From positions 1,070,624 to 1,134,623 of the forward strand of contig JBFLYH010000002.1 in assembly GCA_040756875.1 (NCBI GenBank): a DNA stretch of 64,000 bases. Direction: 5' to 3'. The stretch comes from a candidate division FCPU426 bacterium. Its GTDB lineage: Bacteria; Oederibacteriota; JAAXVQ01; JAUVAV01. Positions 45,801 to 52,600 of this stretch are shown here, in pieces. Below the pieces are notes generated by a model. It was not told the origin of the DNA, did no database searches, and worked only from the letters and a program-made list of their open reading frames with translations. The translations under genes and the position numbers were made by a program. Within the stretch, counting starts at the first letter, position 1, and the number at the start of each line of letters is the position of its first letter.

Positions 45801-48800
45801 GGCAGCACGAAAAATTATTTTGATTCAACGTATGGCTGCGTGTCAAGCAGCGACGATTGGGACAAGGATGGGAATAAAACCCATACCACGTATGGATTCA
45901 ATCATTCCACGGGCATGACGACCAGCACGGTCAGCACGGGTGAGGGCAATTACAAGGAAAGCAACACCACCTACGACGAACACGGACGCAAGCTATCTTC
46001 GCGGACCCAGCGCGACAAGCAAGACGGTAAAAAGAAAAAGACGGAGGTTTACACGAGTACTTTCGAAAACAACGACTGGACAGGGTTTAAGCAGACCGAG
46101 TGGAGGGTTAATGTCCAGAATTCGCAGACCAAGACCATCCATTATGACAGGCACGGGGTTGAATACAAGAATTGGACGCAGGATTACAAGTACCCGACGG
46201 GTGAAGTCATCAATGTAGTCGAATATACCGGCCGTGATGCGGACGGCAACCCGACAGATGCGATTCGGGAAGTCGGCGGAGACCGCCAGACCCAGACGAT
46301 CCGCGAGGCTGGTTTTGTGCAGGCCCCTGGGCCGGACAAGTATAATTATTTGCCGACTCAAACCCAGGTAACTTTCCATCAGGCGAACTACATCACCTCG
46401 GCTACCATCACCTATACCGTGAATTCCAGAGGGCCGGTGGCTGCCACAGTGGTTGACAACCAGGGTACTGAGTCCTGGACTATGGATGAAGGATATGAAA
46501 ATTCGGCCATCTTCACGCGTACCCGCAGGAACAACGGCGGCTCGACTATTTCTTGGAATTACACCGACAATCCCGAAGGGCCGTTCCATACTTCGGCGAA
46601 CGTGACTTATACCGATTATATGGGAGTTCATACCGGGTCAGGCACTGAAACGTACACGACAACAGGCATTCTGAGCAGAAAAGTCATGACTAACAGCGAT
46701 ACCATGAATCAAACCCTCACTTACCAGAATGACGGACAATATGTTACGACAGCTACCGGTGTCCGCGAAGACGGAGTCAGCGTGAGCTACGCTTTCACGG
46801 GCGTCAATGAGTTTGCCTCCTTCCAGGATGACAAAGGGATAACAACCTGGAATCCGGCCTCGCAGAAGATGCTCACCAGCGCCGGCGGGGTGGGCACATT
46901 CAACTACACCTATTCAGGAGACCGCGTGACCAAAATCGAAGGAACTTCGGCACGCGACGGCCAAATGTCAATGGATAAGTGGTGGAACGTCAAGACCTGG
47001 ACGGATAGCAAAGGTGTGGTTCACACATACACCGGAACCGCGACGAACAAAGGCTACTGGACCAAAGCCAACGAGACGTTCACAGACAAAGGCGGAGGAA
47101 AGTGGCAGGGCACGATGAATTATGATAATTTCGGTTTCTATTTCAAAGGTGGCGAACTGAAAGGCACCAAAGCCAAGGTGGACGCTACGGGTGCGGTAAA
47201 CACGGTGGACATGGATGATGCGAAGGCCACCGACAGCATTAAAACCATGCTGAAGAAGTACAACACGCAAAAAGAAACCTGGACCTGGACTGCACCGGAT
47301 GATGTGGGCAAGCGCACATTGGGTGACTGGCAGGCTGCATACATGAACTCCGGCGATTTGACCCAGTTGGCTGATGTGAGCATTACCATTGCCGAGGACG
47401 GCTCCACGCAATCGATTTTCTCCAATATAAGGTTCAATAAATCCAATTTTACCCAGAAAAACCGCTTTAAACCGACGAGTTCGTCCCACAGTTGGACGAC
47501 GATATCTGATTCGGCGCCCAGTACCTATGATACGCGCAATGACACGAAAAAGAACGACAAGTTCTTCAGCGGACATTGGGGCGACCGGCAGGTAATTACC
47601 GGTTCAGAAACAGTACAAGTGGGAACCACGACAGTGAAGAAGACCCGAAAGGTGACCGTATGCGATGAAGAGGACGAGGAAGGAAATTGCACGGCCAGCC
47701 ATGAGGAAGACGAAGAGTATGAGGAAGAGGAACCTGTTTACAGTACGAAATGGTACGTAACAACCACCTCCTACGATAAGGAAAGCGACGGCTGGATGTG
47801 GGTAAGCGCTGGCAGCAAGAGCGAACAATTCTATGCCGACACTATGACGCAAAATACCGGCACCATTATTGCCGGCGGCGCTGGCAGCAAGAGCCAGGTG
47901 TCTGGCTCCAGTATGATGGTTTATCGCTTCTCGCATGGCAATAAAGCAGGCGGCGTGCTCCTGGCTGGCGGCATGGAGGGACAGCAGGAACAAAGCGGCA
48001 AGGCGAGGTCGGAACAGACGGAAACCGTGGCCCCGCAAACCGAGACCGAAGTCACGGCTGCGGCGGTGGAGAAAACGGAAACCGAAACGACCGCCAAGGC
48101 TCGCGGCGAAGTGGCGACGGTGACCGAAGCCAAGACCGAAGAAACGGCAGAAGCGGCGAAGTCGAAAGACAATCTGCAGGCCGCCTTTGCAGGGATCAAG
48201 TCTCTGGCAGATGTGGCGGACTTCCTGAAACTCGCAATGGCCAAGTTCAGCCAGGAAGCGGTGGCAGCGGGACTGAAGAATTCCGGCGCCGCCCAATTGC
48301 TGGAGCAACTGGTACAAGCCAGCCGGCTGGTCTTTGGTGATGCGGCCAAAGAGTCGGTCTTGGGCAAACTCACGACCTTGTTGCTGAACAACCAGCAGAT
48401 GGTCGAGGAAGTGCGCCTGGCCATCACGGGCGGCGAACTTGTCAGCGACGACGTCAAGCAGGCGGTAAAGATCGCCGAAAACATGAAATACGCCGATGTC
48501 GTGAGCCGGGATGAAAAGGGCCGTGTCATTGAAGCCGTCGATCACAATGGCGGCGTCCACACCTTTAAATATGAAGCCGAAGGATTCACCGAGACGGTCA
48601 AGGATTCGTCAGGCCGCATGCAAGTCGCACAGTACGATCAGGCAGGGCGTCTGGTAGCTGTTAATGAAGGCGGCACCAACCGCACGTATGCCTATGCGGA
48701 CGGAAAAACCGTGGTCACGGAGCGGACCCAGTCTGGCGAAGTCACGATGGAATACGGTTCCGACGGACGCCTGATCAGTCTAGAGGCAGACGGCCAGAAA

Positions 48801-49208
48801 ACAACCTTCCAGTATTCCGGACAGGGTACGGGCAGCTATACCGCCATTGTTGTCGGGCAAAACGGCAAAGCACTCGAGCAAAAAACCTACCGCGACGGAC
48901 GTTTGGTGGCAAAGATGCTCAAGGATGGAACTAAAGTTTCCTATGACTACCAGATTAGTGATGCTGGCGAAGTGCAATCTGTGACACGGTTGGAGACCGA
49001 TGCCAAGGGGAACCAGACCGTGATGAAATTCGATAAAAACGGCCGTCTGATTTCTGTCAAGGACAAGAGCGGAGAGAAAAAGATGGCCGAGGCCGAAGAG
49101 ATGTCCGGGAAAGCGCTGGAGTTTGTTGAATTCGAACTCTTCGGAGATCCCAGAGTGGATAGCATGAGAATTGACAACAAGGTGTTGCAGGGATTTGAGC
49201 AAAAGTAA
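30876..49208 (+). CDS. Giant protein B (~6,110 aa): secreted YD/Rhs-like beta-repeat protein
   Basis: 18.3-kb ORF (track 30837..49208). ATG 30876 follows the SD AAGGGGG. N-terminal hydrophobic signal (WLGTLALLGTLLLFVGVSMSSA). YD-type motifs at both ends (YDDQGRVI, YDEAGRVI, YSYDGKGNR; YDQAGRLV, YGSDGRLI, FDKNGRLI) and a very large central repeat array. Confidence 0.9.
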   Translation: MTTITGQQRLHYGFWNRTAWLGTLALLGTLLLFVGVSMSSAASSAEERLLPQILAQLDEQGKKVKSSTVLDVNGQPHITVMLLNGEVRKYNEKGQLTEVRDPYGKITLYEDGMPIEERDANGGVMARYQYFRSVSGKMQKMVKRSAAGVVTKIFDDDGNPVQATDSQGTKVFTNYVKNEKGKTVGYTETDLATSKTNRMILDPKNGEVIARIDENNIRTDIETLYNQQGEKMQTIERDTAGNVTIKKFENEQMVEQVENGIKTTYENILNDKGVLVQKKEVKFIATNGGMIEEVTVKDYDDQGRVIRVKDKEGEHEYTYEVNLDGRITARHELLKPATGARAKEKVTYYDEAGRVIGLDEEGRKTKIVNVLDENGNIVSATEYITYDFNGKLFTDMVKKTFDGKGHLLSKIDQNGQRTDYSYDGKGNRIRSQVGDEITTYTYDGNNNMVSSFTQDYKSRTLTEYDQKTKLAERKILIKNSGVVEVTAYGLTQDGRRMNFTVTAFGVKTNICKDSESDQPEKTIFSKYNGKVIVTNYRYTGEHLVSSTEEGPMGATETRYNVGGKPLHSLQTDKWGRTQETDYRYEKGVLAESLMVDKKGRTSTYYNNHGDAEKIVRVNTIGFPRRADEERSYKDGILVRSVSRDVKGETVTDYDQNEQAAKVHRTNKHGFPRQNWVENIYDAGGDITESRQTDSRGYTVNKFDHDGLMTDSERVDIHGYPKRKQTAYDYINGELVSSITDDDRGTTFNSFDKDGLMRDSRRVKKFGFPREERTSYEYDGNAYMIYSKTEDENGTTQNWFNIDELVAVSFRKNLYGHARDQWTVNEYDGEGFLTTSKETDLRGSTVTEFNIDGLPIKSFRVDHYGVEYSRETLTVNEFDDQGFMTISKSKNLLTTVEKEMDKDALVQVQRQNDNYGVVFGRYKVTDEYVYDGHGRLQTNVTTDKLGQTTSKYDIHGDAVETLRIATIGLGASRESFTISTYHADTGMTTDRLSKSNYGTTHSTNFDAVTGLEQLQQINNNYGLGATRYTVNQVTLDRRHGLTRYTLATNEYGKTETHYDAEQNGAYGIAVSSRAITNYGLGFARDTASAIEADINTGLNQRTKAVNKYGTTITEYDSLIGGTYGVSISSVTENYFGLGATRQSRIQRGDLEVNLWNGLNKRTLSRSEYGTTETWYEDGQFGVARASDTNCNFGLGATRHSWIKEGNMEVNTFNGLNIRTFSESAFGTTETRYDDKTFGVAVSSDTKNNFGLGASRHSWVAAGNMEVNTDNGLNKRTLSESAYGKTETLYDDAQYGVAKSSDTNNNFGLGAARHSWISNGNMEVNTWNGLTKRTLSESAYGTVETQYEDTQYGVAKSSDTNNNFGLGATRHSWIAEGNMDVNTFNGLNIRTLSQSEYGTTETWYEEEQYGVAKSSDTKNNFGLGATRHSWIKEGNLEVNTFNGLNIRTLSESAYGITETWYEDGKYGVAKSSDTNNSFGLMATRHSWIKDGNMEVNNWNGLNIRTFSESEYGTTETWYEDAKYGVARASDTNNKFGLGATRHSWISDGNMEVNTWNGLNIRTFSESAYGTTETWYEDGKYGVAKASDTKNNFGLGASRHSWINEGNMDVNTWNGLNIRTFSESAYGTTETKYDDQKYGVAKSSDTNNNFGLGATRHSWIKEGNMEVNVFNGLNIRTLSESAYGNTETWYEEGQFGVAKASDTKNNFGLVATRHSWIKEGNMEVNTWNGLNIRTFSESAYGTTETRYDQDHYGVARSSDTNNNFGLGATRHSWIKDGNMEVNTWNGLNIRTLSESAYGTTETWYEDEQFGVAQASDTKNNFGLGATRHSWIKEGNMEVNTWNGLNIRTFSESAYGTTETWYEDGQYGVAKASDTKNNFGLGATRHSWIKEGNMEVNTFNGLNIRTFSESAYGTTETWYDDDKFGVAKASDTKNNFGLGATRHSWIKEGNMEVNTYNGLNIRTFSESAYGTTETKYDDKTFGVARSSDTNNNFGLIATRHSWIKDGNMEVNTWNGLNIRTFSESAYGTTETWYEDGQYGVAHSSDTHNNFGLGATQHSWIKKGNMQVNTWNGLNQHTFSESAYGTTETWYEDGQYGIAEASDTNNNFGLGATRHSWISKGKMEVNTYNGLNIRTFSESAYGTTETWYDDSQYGIAKASDTHNNFGLGATRHSQIKEGEMDIDPFNGLNKRTLSESAYGTTETWYEDETYGVAKASDTNNNFGLGATRHSWIEEGNMEVNTWNGLNQHTFSESAYGTTETWYDDKAYGVARSSDTNNNFGLGATRHSWIKDGNLEVNTWNGLNIRTFSESAYGTTETWYEDSQYGIATSSDTNNNFGLGATRHSWIKKGNMEVNTWNGLNIRTFSESAYGTTETWYDDKEFGVAKASDTKNNFGLGATRHSWIKEGNMEVNTFNGLNIRTFSESIYGTTETWYDDKEFGVAKASDTNNNFGLGATRHSWIKEGNIEVNTYNGLNIRTFSESAYGTTETWYSDDSYGVAERSHSLNNFGIGATRDTTTQIDANRWNGLNIYTQAKNEYGMTETWYTDDSYGVAKRSHSLNNYGLGASRDTTTEITTDTWDGLTEYTFARNAYGTTETWYKDDSYGVAERSHSLNNYGLGASRDTNTTIQVDTWNGLNEYTRAINAYGMTETWYTDDTYGIAERSHSVNNYGLGATRDSNTTIQASQWDGLNDYTFATNAYGTTETWFSDDSYGVAVRSHNLNNYGLGACRDTNTEIQADRWDGLNDYTYAVNVYGTTETWYSQDTYGVAERSHALNNYGIGASRDTTTDIQADRWDGLNEYTYAVNAYGMTETWFSDDTYGVAEQSHSLNNYGLGATRDTHTTIQADQWDGLNEYTFATNAYGTTETWFSDDTYGVAVRSHSLNNFGLGATRDTNTTITADRWDGLNEYTYAVNAYGMTETWYSDDTYGVAERSHALNNYGIGATRDTNTVIQAGRWDGLNDYTQGVNAYGMTETWYSNDTYGVAERSHALNNYGIGASRDTMTTISADRWDGLNEYTLATNDYGMTETWYSDDTYGVAVRSHALNNYGIGATRDNSTTIQADRWDGLNEYTFATNAYGTTETWYSEDTYGVAERSHSLNNYGLGATRDNRTTIQADRWDGLNEYTYATNAYGITETWYSDDTYGVAERSHALNNYGLGATRDTNTTITADRWNGMNDYTMSTNAYGMTETWYSQDTYGVAERSHAVNNYGIGATRDTNTTITADRWDGLNEYTLATNVYGMTETWYSEDTYGVAERSHAVNNYGIGATRDTNTTITADRWDGLNEFTFATNAYGTTETWYSADTYGVAERSHSLNNFGLGATRDTNTTITADRWDGLNEYTYASNAYGITETWYTDDTYGVAERSHSLNNFGIGATRDTNTTITADRWDGLNEYTNAVNAYGMTETWFSDDTYGVAERSHSVNNFGIGATRDTNTTVTADRWNGLNDYTIGINAYGVTETWYTQDSYGVSERTHTMNNYGIGATRDTNTQVTADTWNGLNIHTMANNAYGMTETWYARDTYGIPERSHSLNNFGLGATRDTNTTITADRWNGLNIGTFATNAYGTTETWFTRDSYGLAERSHSVNNFGLGATRDTNTAITADPWSGLNTYTNAVNAYGRTETWYSQDTYGVADHSRSQNNYGLGATRDTNTTITADRWDGLNDYTLAINAYGRTETWFTQDTYGVAQRSHSVNNYGVGASRDTNTTITADHWNGLNTYTNAINAYGRTETWYSQDTYGVATRSHSVNNFGLGATRDTNTTITADRWNGLNTNTVATNDYGRTETWFSQDSYGVATRSHSVNNYGLGATRDTNTTITADRWNGLNTNTVAVNDYGRTETWYSQDTYGVATRSHSVNNYGLGATRNTNTTITVDHWSGLNTHTVATNAYGTTETWYSQDTYGVATRSHSANNYGLGATRDTNTTITADRWNGLNVTTVATNAYGRTETWYSQDTYGVATRSHSVNHYGLGSTRDTNSTITADRWNGLNTNTIAINAYGTTETWYSQDTYGVAERSHSLNNYGLGASRDTNTTITASRWSGLNTNTVATNAYGTTETWYTQDTYGVAQRSHSVNNYGLGATRDSNTTVTVDRWSGLNTYTNAVSAYSTTETWYKQDTYGTAERSHSVNKFGLGATRDTNSTVTASNWNGLNQHTTGTNAYGTTDTWYSNDSYGVAVRSESQNNYGLGATRDASTTIAADRWNGLNTHTKGVTAYGTTDTWYSQDTYGVAERSHSVNKYGLGATRDTTTPTIQANRWNGLNEYTLANNAYSRTETWYSNDSYGLPERSHSVNNYGLGATRDSQTTITSNRWSGLNTYTTSTNNYGTTETWYTSDTYGVARRSHSVNNYGLGATRNTHTDVIDVDNWSGLNTYTHSFNNYGTTETWFKQDTFGTASRSHSVNNYGLGWTRDTSTTLVASNWSGLNLRSSAINMYGSTDTWYSNDSYGVAERSHSLNNVGLGYTRDTMTTIEVNRQNGLNVHSFANNRYGTTDTYYSNDSYGVAERSVAHNDWGVYGERDVRTTLTVNRQTGVNISTVAVTSHRTTTTYFDNSFGIATRSVSVTDFLPSLAQTTRTDITASQDTGLNFRTVAENGLSTTTTDAFDPDYGVAEHIMTYNKYCSGEGNRNVETTVDANLNTGLNQETYSRSFGGGGTLSETWTNYRNDTGTQTDAVTVMNANWTLGYSVNNQITYVANQTTGKLIQSTSVCSNGRTITNYDGHGLPKSSENYSAYGLSDHTSSTINYYTTTGMTKKSVARSYSRLGGHYLSTTTTDHDENGTAKTMVTDTAYGATRARVSTTTVSSTYSFTGAKKRTSTTTGLGSSISDFNQKGVEMYSDSHGNIGPSLGRHSETWTKDWDENTGIRRSKYTSSGLSHTWTFSDENGLPAAGLHKMNQNFYGSAAGSRYSEIYRTGAVHWSGNAAETRSLSPGHSTTMSQYDEDGFTTYAVTDSIYGANGMQHTDTTYQTDSSTGLTRSSHLIKCNGRGSTKNYFDSTYGCVSSSDDWDKDGNKTHTTYGFNHSTGMTTSTVSTGEGNYKESNTTYDEHGRKLSSRTQRDKQDGKKKKTEVYTSTFENNDWTGFKQTEWRVNVQNSQTKTIHYDRHGVEYKNWTQDYKYPTGEVINVVEYTGRDADGNPTDAIREVGGDRQTQTIREAGFVQAPGPDKYNYLPTQTQVTFHQANYITSATITYTVNSRGPVAATVVDNQGTESWTMDEGYENSAIFTRTRRNNGGSTISWNYTDNPEGPFHTSANVTYTDYMGVHTGSGTETYTTTGILSRKVMTNSDTMNQTLTYQNDGQYVTTATGVREDGVSVSYAFTGVNEFASFQDDKGITTWNPASQKMLTSAGGVGTFNYTYSGDRVTKIEGTSARDGQMSMDKWWNVKTWTDSKGVVHTYTGTATNKGYWTKANETFTDKGGGKWQGTMNYDNFGFYFKGGELKGTKAKVDATGAVNTVDMDDAKATDSIKTMLKKYNTQKETWTWTAPDDVGKRTLGDWQAAYMNSGDLTQLADVSITIAEDGSTQSIFSNIRFNKSNFTQKNRFKPTSSSHSWTTISDSAPSTYDTRNDTKKNDKFFSGHWGDRQVITGSETVQVGTTTVKKTRKVTVCDEEDEEGNCTASHEEDEEYEEEEPVYSTKWYVTTTSYDKESDGWMWVSAGSKSEQFYADTMTQNTGTIIAGGAGSKSQVSGSSMMVYRFSHGNKAGGVLLAGGMEGQQEQSGKARSEQTETVAPQTETEVTAAAVEKTETETTAKARGEVATVTEAKTEETAEAAKSKDNLQAAFAGIKSLADVADFLKLAMAKFSQEAVAAGLKNSGAAQLLEQLVQASRLVFGDAAKESVLGKLTTLLLNNQQMVEEVRLAITGGELVSDDVKQAVKIAENMKYADVVSRDEKGRVIEAVDHNGGVHTFKYEAEGFTETVKDSSGRMQVAQYDQAGRLVAVNEGGTNRTYAYADGKTVVTERTQSGEVTMEYGSDGRLISLEADGQKTTFQYSGQGTGSYTAIVVGQNGKALEQKTYRDGRLVAKMLKDGTKVSYDYQISDAGEVQSVTRLETDAKGNQTVMKFDKNGRLISVKDKSGEKKMAEAEEMSGKALEFVEFELFGDPRVDSMRIDNKVLQGFEQK
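32736..34337 (+). repeat. Degenerate 48- to ~58-aa repeats (GFPR grading into GLGATR) leading into the main array of giant B
   Basis: GFPR at 32736 and 32880 (144 bp apart), then GYPK, GFPR, GHAR, GVEYSR, GVVFGR, GLGASR, GLGATR at similar spacing. Confidence 0.7.
34338..38270 (+). repeat. 23 tandem 171-bp (57-aa) coding repeats, type A
   Basis: Consensus NGLNIRTFSESAYGTTETWYEDGxYGVAKASDTxNNFGLGATRHSWIKEGNMEVNTW. The span is exactly 23 x 171 bp. Confidence 0.97.
38271..44432 (+). repeat. 38 tandem 162-bp (54-aa) coding repeats, type B (two units have one extra codon)
   Basis: Consensus (D/N/S)GLNxYTxAxNAYGxTETWYSxDTYGVAERSHSxNNYGLGATRDTNTTITADRW. The span is 38 x 162 + 6 bp. Confidence 0.97.
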
Positions 49209-49218
49209 TTCGTTCAGG

Positions 49219-49259
49219 AAAAAACCGCCCCTATGTTGTTCTGGGGGCGGTTTTTTTTT
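49219..49259 (+). terminator. Rho-independent terminator after giant B
   Basis: AAAAAACCGCCCC...GGGGCGGTTTTTT stem-loop with a 9-T tail, starting 11 nt after the stop. Confidence 0.9.
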
Positions 49260-49343
49260 GGAATATTTTTGCCTTATTTTACGTGCTTAAAAGGAAAATT
49301 TTTACTTTTTTTATGATTTGTGTAAATATTTGCACCAGGCATT

Positions 49344-49412
49344 AAAACCCTTATAAATAAAGCCTATTATAGGGTATGGTCTTTTGACTAGCCTGTTTTT
49401 GGGTGCTATACT
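49344..49412 (+). promoter_or_regulatory. Giant C promoter: upstream box plus sigma70 -35 and extended -10
   Basis: AAAACCCTTATAAAT (49344-49358); TTGACT (49384-49389); 17 nt; TGcTATACT (hexamer 49407-49412). Spacing is identical to the giant A promoter. Confidence 0.75.
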
Positions 49413-49602
49413 TATATTGAGGTAAAAAGGGGAAAAATATTTAAATATTGTATTTTATTTCGGTAAATATTTTATTCCGCTTTTGCGGATGTAAAAAAAT
49501 GGAAAGGTTTGTATAGAAATGGGTAAAAAAGTGGGAGTGCATATTTTCCAAAGCGGTTATAACACACCGGCGACAGGGAAGCCGGGCGGGCGGGGTGAGA
49601 CC

Positions 49603-52600
49603 ATGTCTACATTAGAGAAAATCGGTAAAACAATGCAAAGCGCACAACGCATATTGAGGCAGGAGTGGCGCCGAGTCGTAGCCTTCATGGTGACGTTTAC
49701 TTTTACCTTCTCCATGACAGGCTTGGATGCCATCGTCGCCCACGCCTTCGACGATTACAAGCAATATCAGGGAAGCAAATTAGAAGCCCAGCGTGATGCG
49801 TTGATGTCTGGCACCAACCCTGCGGAAAACAACCAGCCCGATGCCTTTGTGGATGTCGCCAATCCGGACAGCCTGAATGCCCCCGCTACCACGGCTTTGT
49901 CCGATACGTCCCTGAACGTTTTGAAATCGGAATACGGCGACCTCTTGGATACAGTCTCCCTGCAAACGCTTTCGGAACGAGCTGCCTCGGGCGCCAACCT
50001 GGATGCAATGATCAATGAAATAGTCGGACAGCCGGCGAACGGCACCCAGGGCGCCATGCTGACTCCCGAACAGCCGGGATCCTCGCTTCCCCAGGTTGAT
50101 CCATCGACCATGGCCGACATCGTCACCTTGCAGCAGGGCCCTTTGGGGATGTCGCTGGAGATGGATAACGCGGATCGTGCTCAAGTAAGAACGGGGGATG
50201 AGCAAGATTTGGCGCGCCTGCCCATGCCCGCCGCGGCCCTCAAGGATGAGACGCAGAATGGGCCGACAGAAACGGCTGAGATTCCGGAACAGGACGCCAA
50301 TCCGGTGGTCGAAACACCGCAGACGCCGGAAACCCAAACCGCCGCTCTCCCCACCAATCCCGATCTGTTGCCACAGAGCGACGTTCAAACCAATCAGGTC
50401 AATTCCAACGATCAGCAGTTGCAAGATCAGAACCAGGTTCAGCTGCCCGAGGAGAAACAGCCAGACCAGCAGGACGTAACCTTGCCTAAAGATCAGCAAC
50501 AGCCTGATCAGAAAACAGACACCTCCCAGAACGGCAATCTGACCCAGCAATTTCTGGCCTTGTTGGGTCTGAATCCCGACCATCGGACCGAAACCGTGAC
50601 TACTACCCAGGCAGCAGGCGAGAACAAAGAGCAATTGCTGCCTACCACAGCCACCCTTCCCGGAAATGAAACAGATGTCGCTCCAACTGATCAACCTACG
50701 CAGCAGCAAGATAGCGAACAGGTGGTTAAAAACCAAGGGGAACCGGTCGTATTGCCGGATGGGGAGCAGCCGGTTACCAAGAAAACTGACGAGCAGACTC
50801 AGACTGAACCCAAGACTGCCAAGAATCCCGACCAGCCTACGGAGCCTGAACAACCCGAAGAAGGCCAATCCGGCCAGGGCAAAAAACCTGGGAAAGATCA
50901 AGAAAAGCCTGGAACTGCCCAAACGTGGACTGATCAGTTAAAGGCTTTCTTCGGTATGGATGTAACCACACCGGATCGGGTCGAAAGCGAGGCAGTGGAA
51001 ACCACCGAAGTGGAAGACACCGCATTGCCTGAATTACCTGCGGATCAGGTTGACGCCCAACCGGTTAAGGAAGGGGTTACTGAAACCGAGGAAATCAAGG
51101 CGCCGGAAGTGGAAGTGGCCGAAGTGCCGGATACCCTGCCAGAGGAAGGGAAAAAGCCCACGGAAACCGAGCCTGGCGAGGGAGAGGATAAACCTGAAGG
51201 CGAAGGCCAGGGCAAGGACGATGAGCTTACCGACCAGGTTTTATCCATGCTAGGCATGCCCTCTGACGATGAAGGCGATACTGCGCCTGTTGACGACCCC
51301 GCGTTGGATCAGGATATTACAATTGTAGAGGGGGACTTGCCGCCGACGGATATTTCGGCCACGGCGGTGATGGGCCCGAATACGGTACAGATCGATGTGA
51401 ACGCATTGATGGTGGATCAGGTGCAAGTTCAAAATGATAATAATTTGCCGGTTGAAAATGAAACGCCATCTCCGGCGTTGGTAGAGACGCCGCGCGCCGA
51501 ACTCCAAACGAACAATCTGCCGGTAGAACAGAATCTCCCGCAAGGTGATCAACAACCGGTACAAAACACCCAGAACCAGCAAAGCGATCAGGTCGGAATT
51601 TGCATGGTGGGCCCGGACACCACTCTGCGTGATCCGAATCAAAATAACGTACAACCGGCTCCCGGAGAGAACGAAGTCAAGGCGGCCTCGTTGGTTGTAC
51701 AACCGGATTCCACGCTGCGTGATCCGTCCCAAGCCACAGTCAATCCCATGCTGGCCAACAGCCCGTTGAATACCAATGCCAACTACACGGCGATCAATAA
51801 TCAGCCCAACCTCGTCGCCAGCCTTCCGAATGCCGTCAATCAGGGTGGGGTAGTTATTGCATCAACTCAGCCGATCAACTCTACAGTACAGACAGCTTTT
51901 ACTGTTCCAACCATCCGCCAGCAAATCCAACCTGCTACCACGCCAACACAGCCGCAATTGGGCGTTGCGCCCCAAACCAATCCGCAAATGTACGACGTTA
52001 ATATGCAAGGTATGATGATGTCCAGCACTCCTGCGCCGGGCTCGACCGGCACTATTGTTCCGGCCGGAACGGCCAATAATATCGTCACTGTGGTCACTGC
52101 TGCCGTTCAAGCGGCCAGCAATCCCAACCATTCGATTCCTCCCCGGCCGACGTTTGAAGTAAGCACCTATGTCGCTCCCTGGACCGGCAATGCTCCTGCG
52201 GATGACGGCAGTTGGAATGCTTTGGCCAACGAATACCAGAACCGCTATGATCACCCCGATCCGCCTGAGGAAAAAGGCGGAGGCGGCAGCGGTTGCGCCA
52301 GTTTTATGGCTTCGCCCCTTGGGAAAATCCTTATGTTCGTCGTTACCGTGGTATTGACCATTTTTACGGTTGGCACCGCAGCCCCCATTCTGTTGGCAAT
52401 CATGATCATTCTCGAGGCCATTTTAGCTTTTGTGCCACTGCCGCCGGCCCTGGCCATGACCCTAGGCATTGTGTTAGCTTTTGTCGGCGGCTGGGCCAGC
52501 GCTTTGAACTCGTTGGGCACCACGGCTGCGGCTGCTGCAAACATAACCGTTACCCAGGCCGTTCAGCAGATCATAACCAATGCGGGTGGTTTAATGAACA

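Noticed and set aside
30876-49208. Classical Rhs polymorphic toxin with immunity gene
   Set aside because: No Rhs-core DPxG cleavage motif found, YD repeats continue almost to the C-terminus, and a terminator rather than a small immunity ORF follows.
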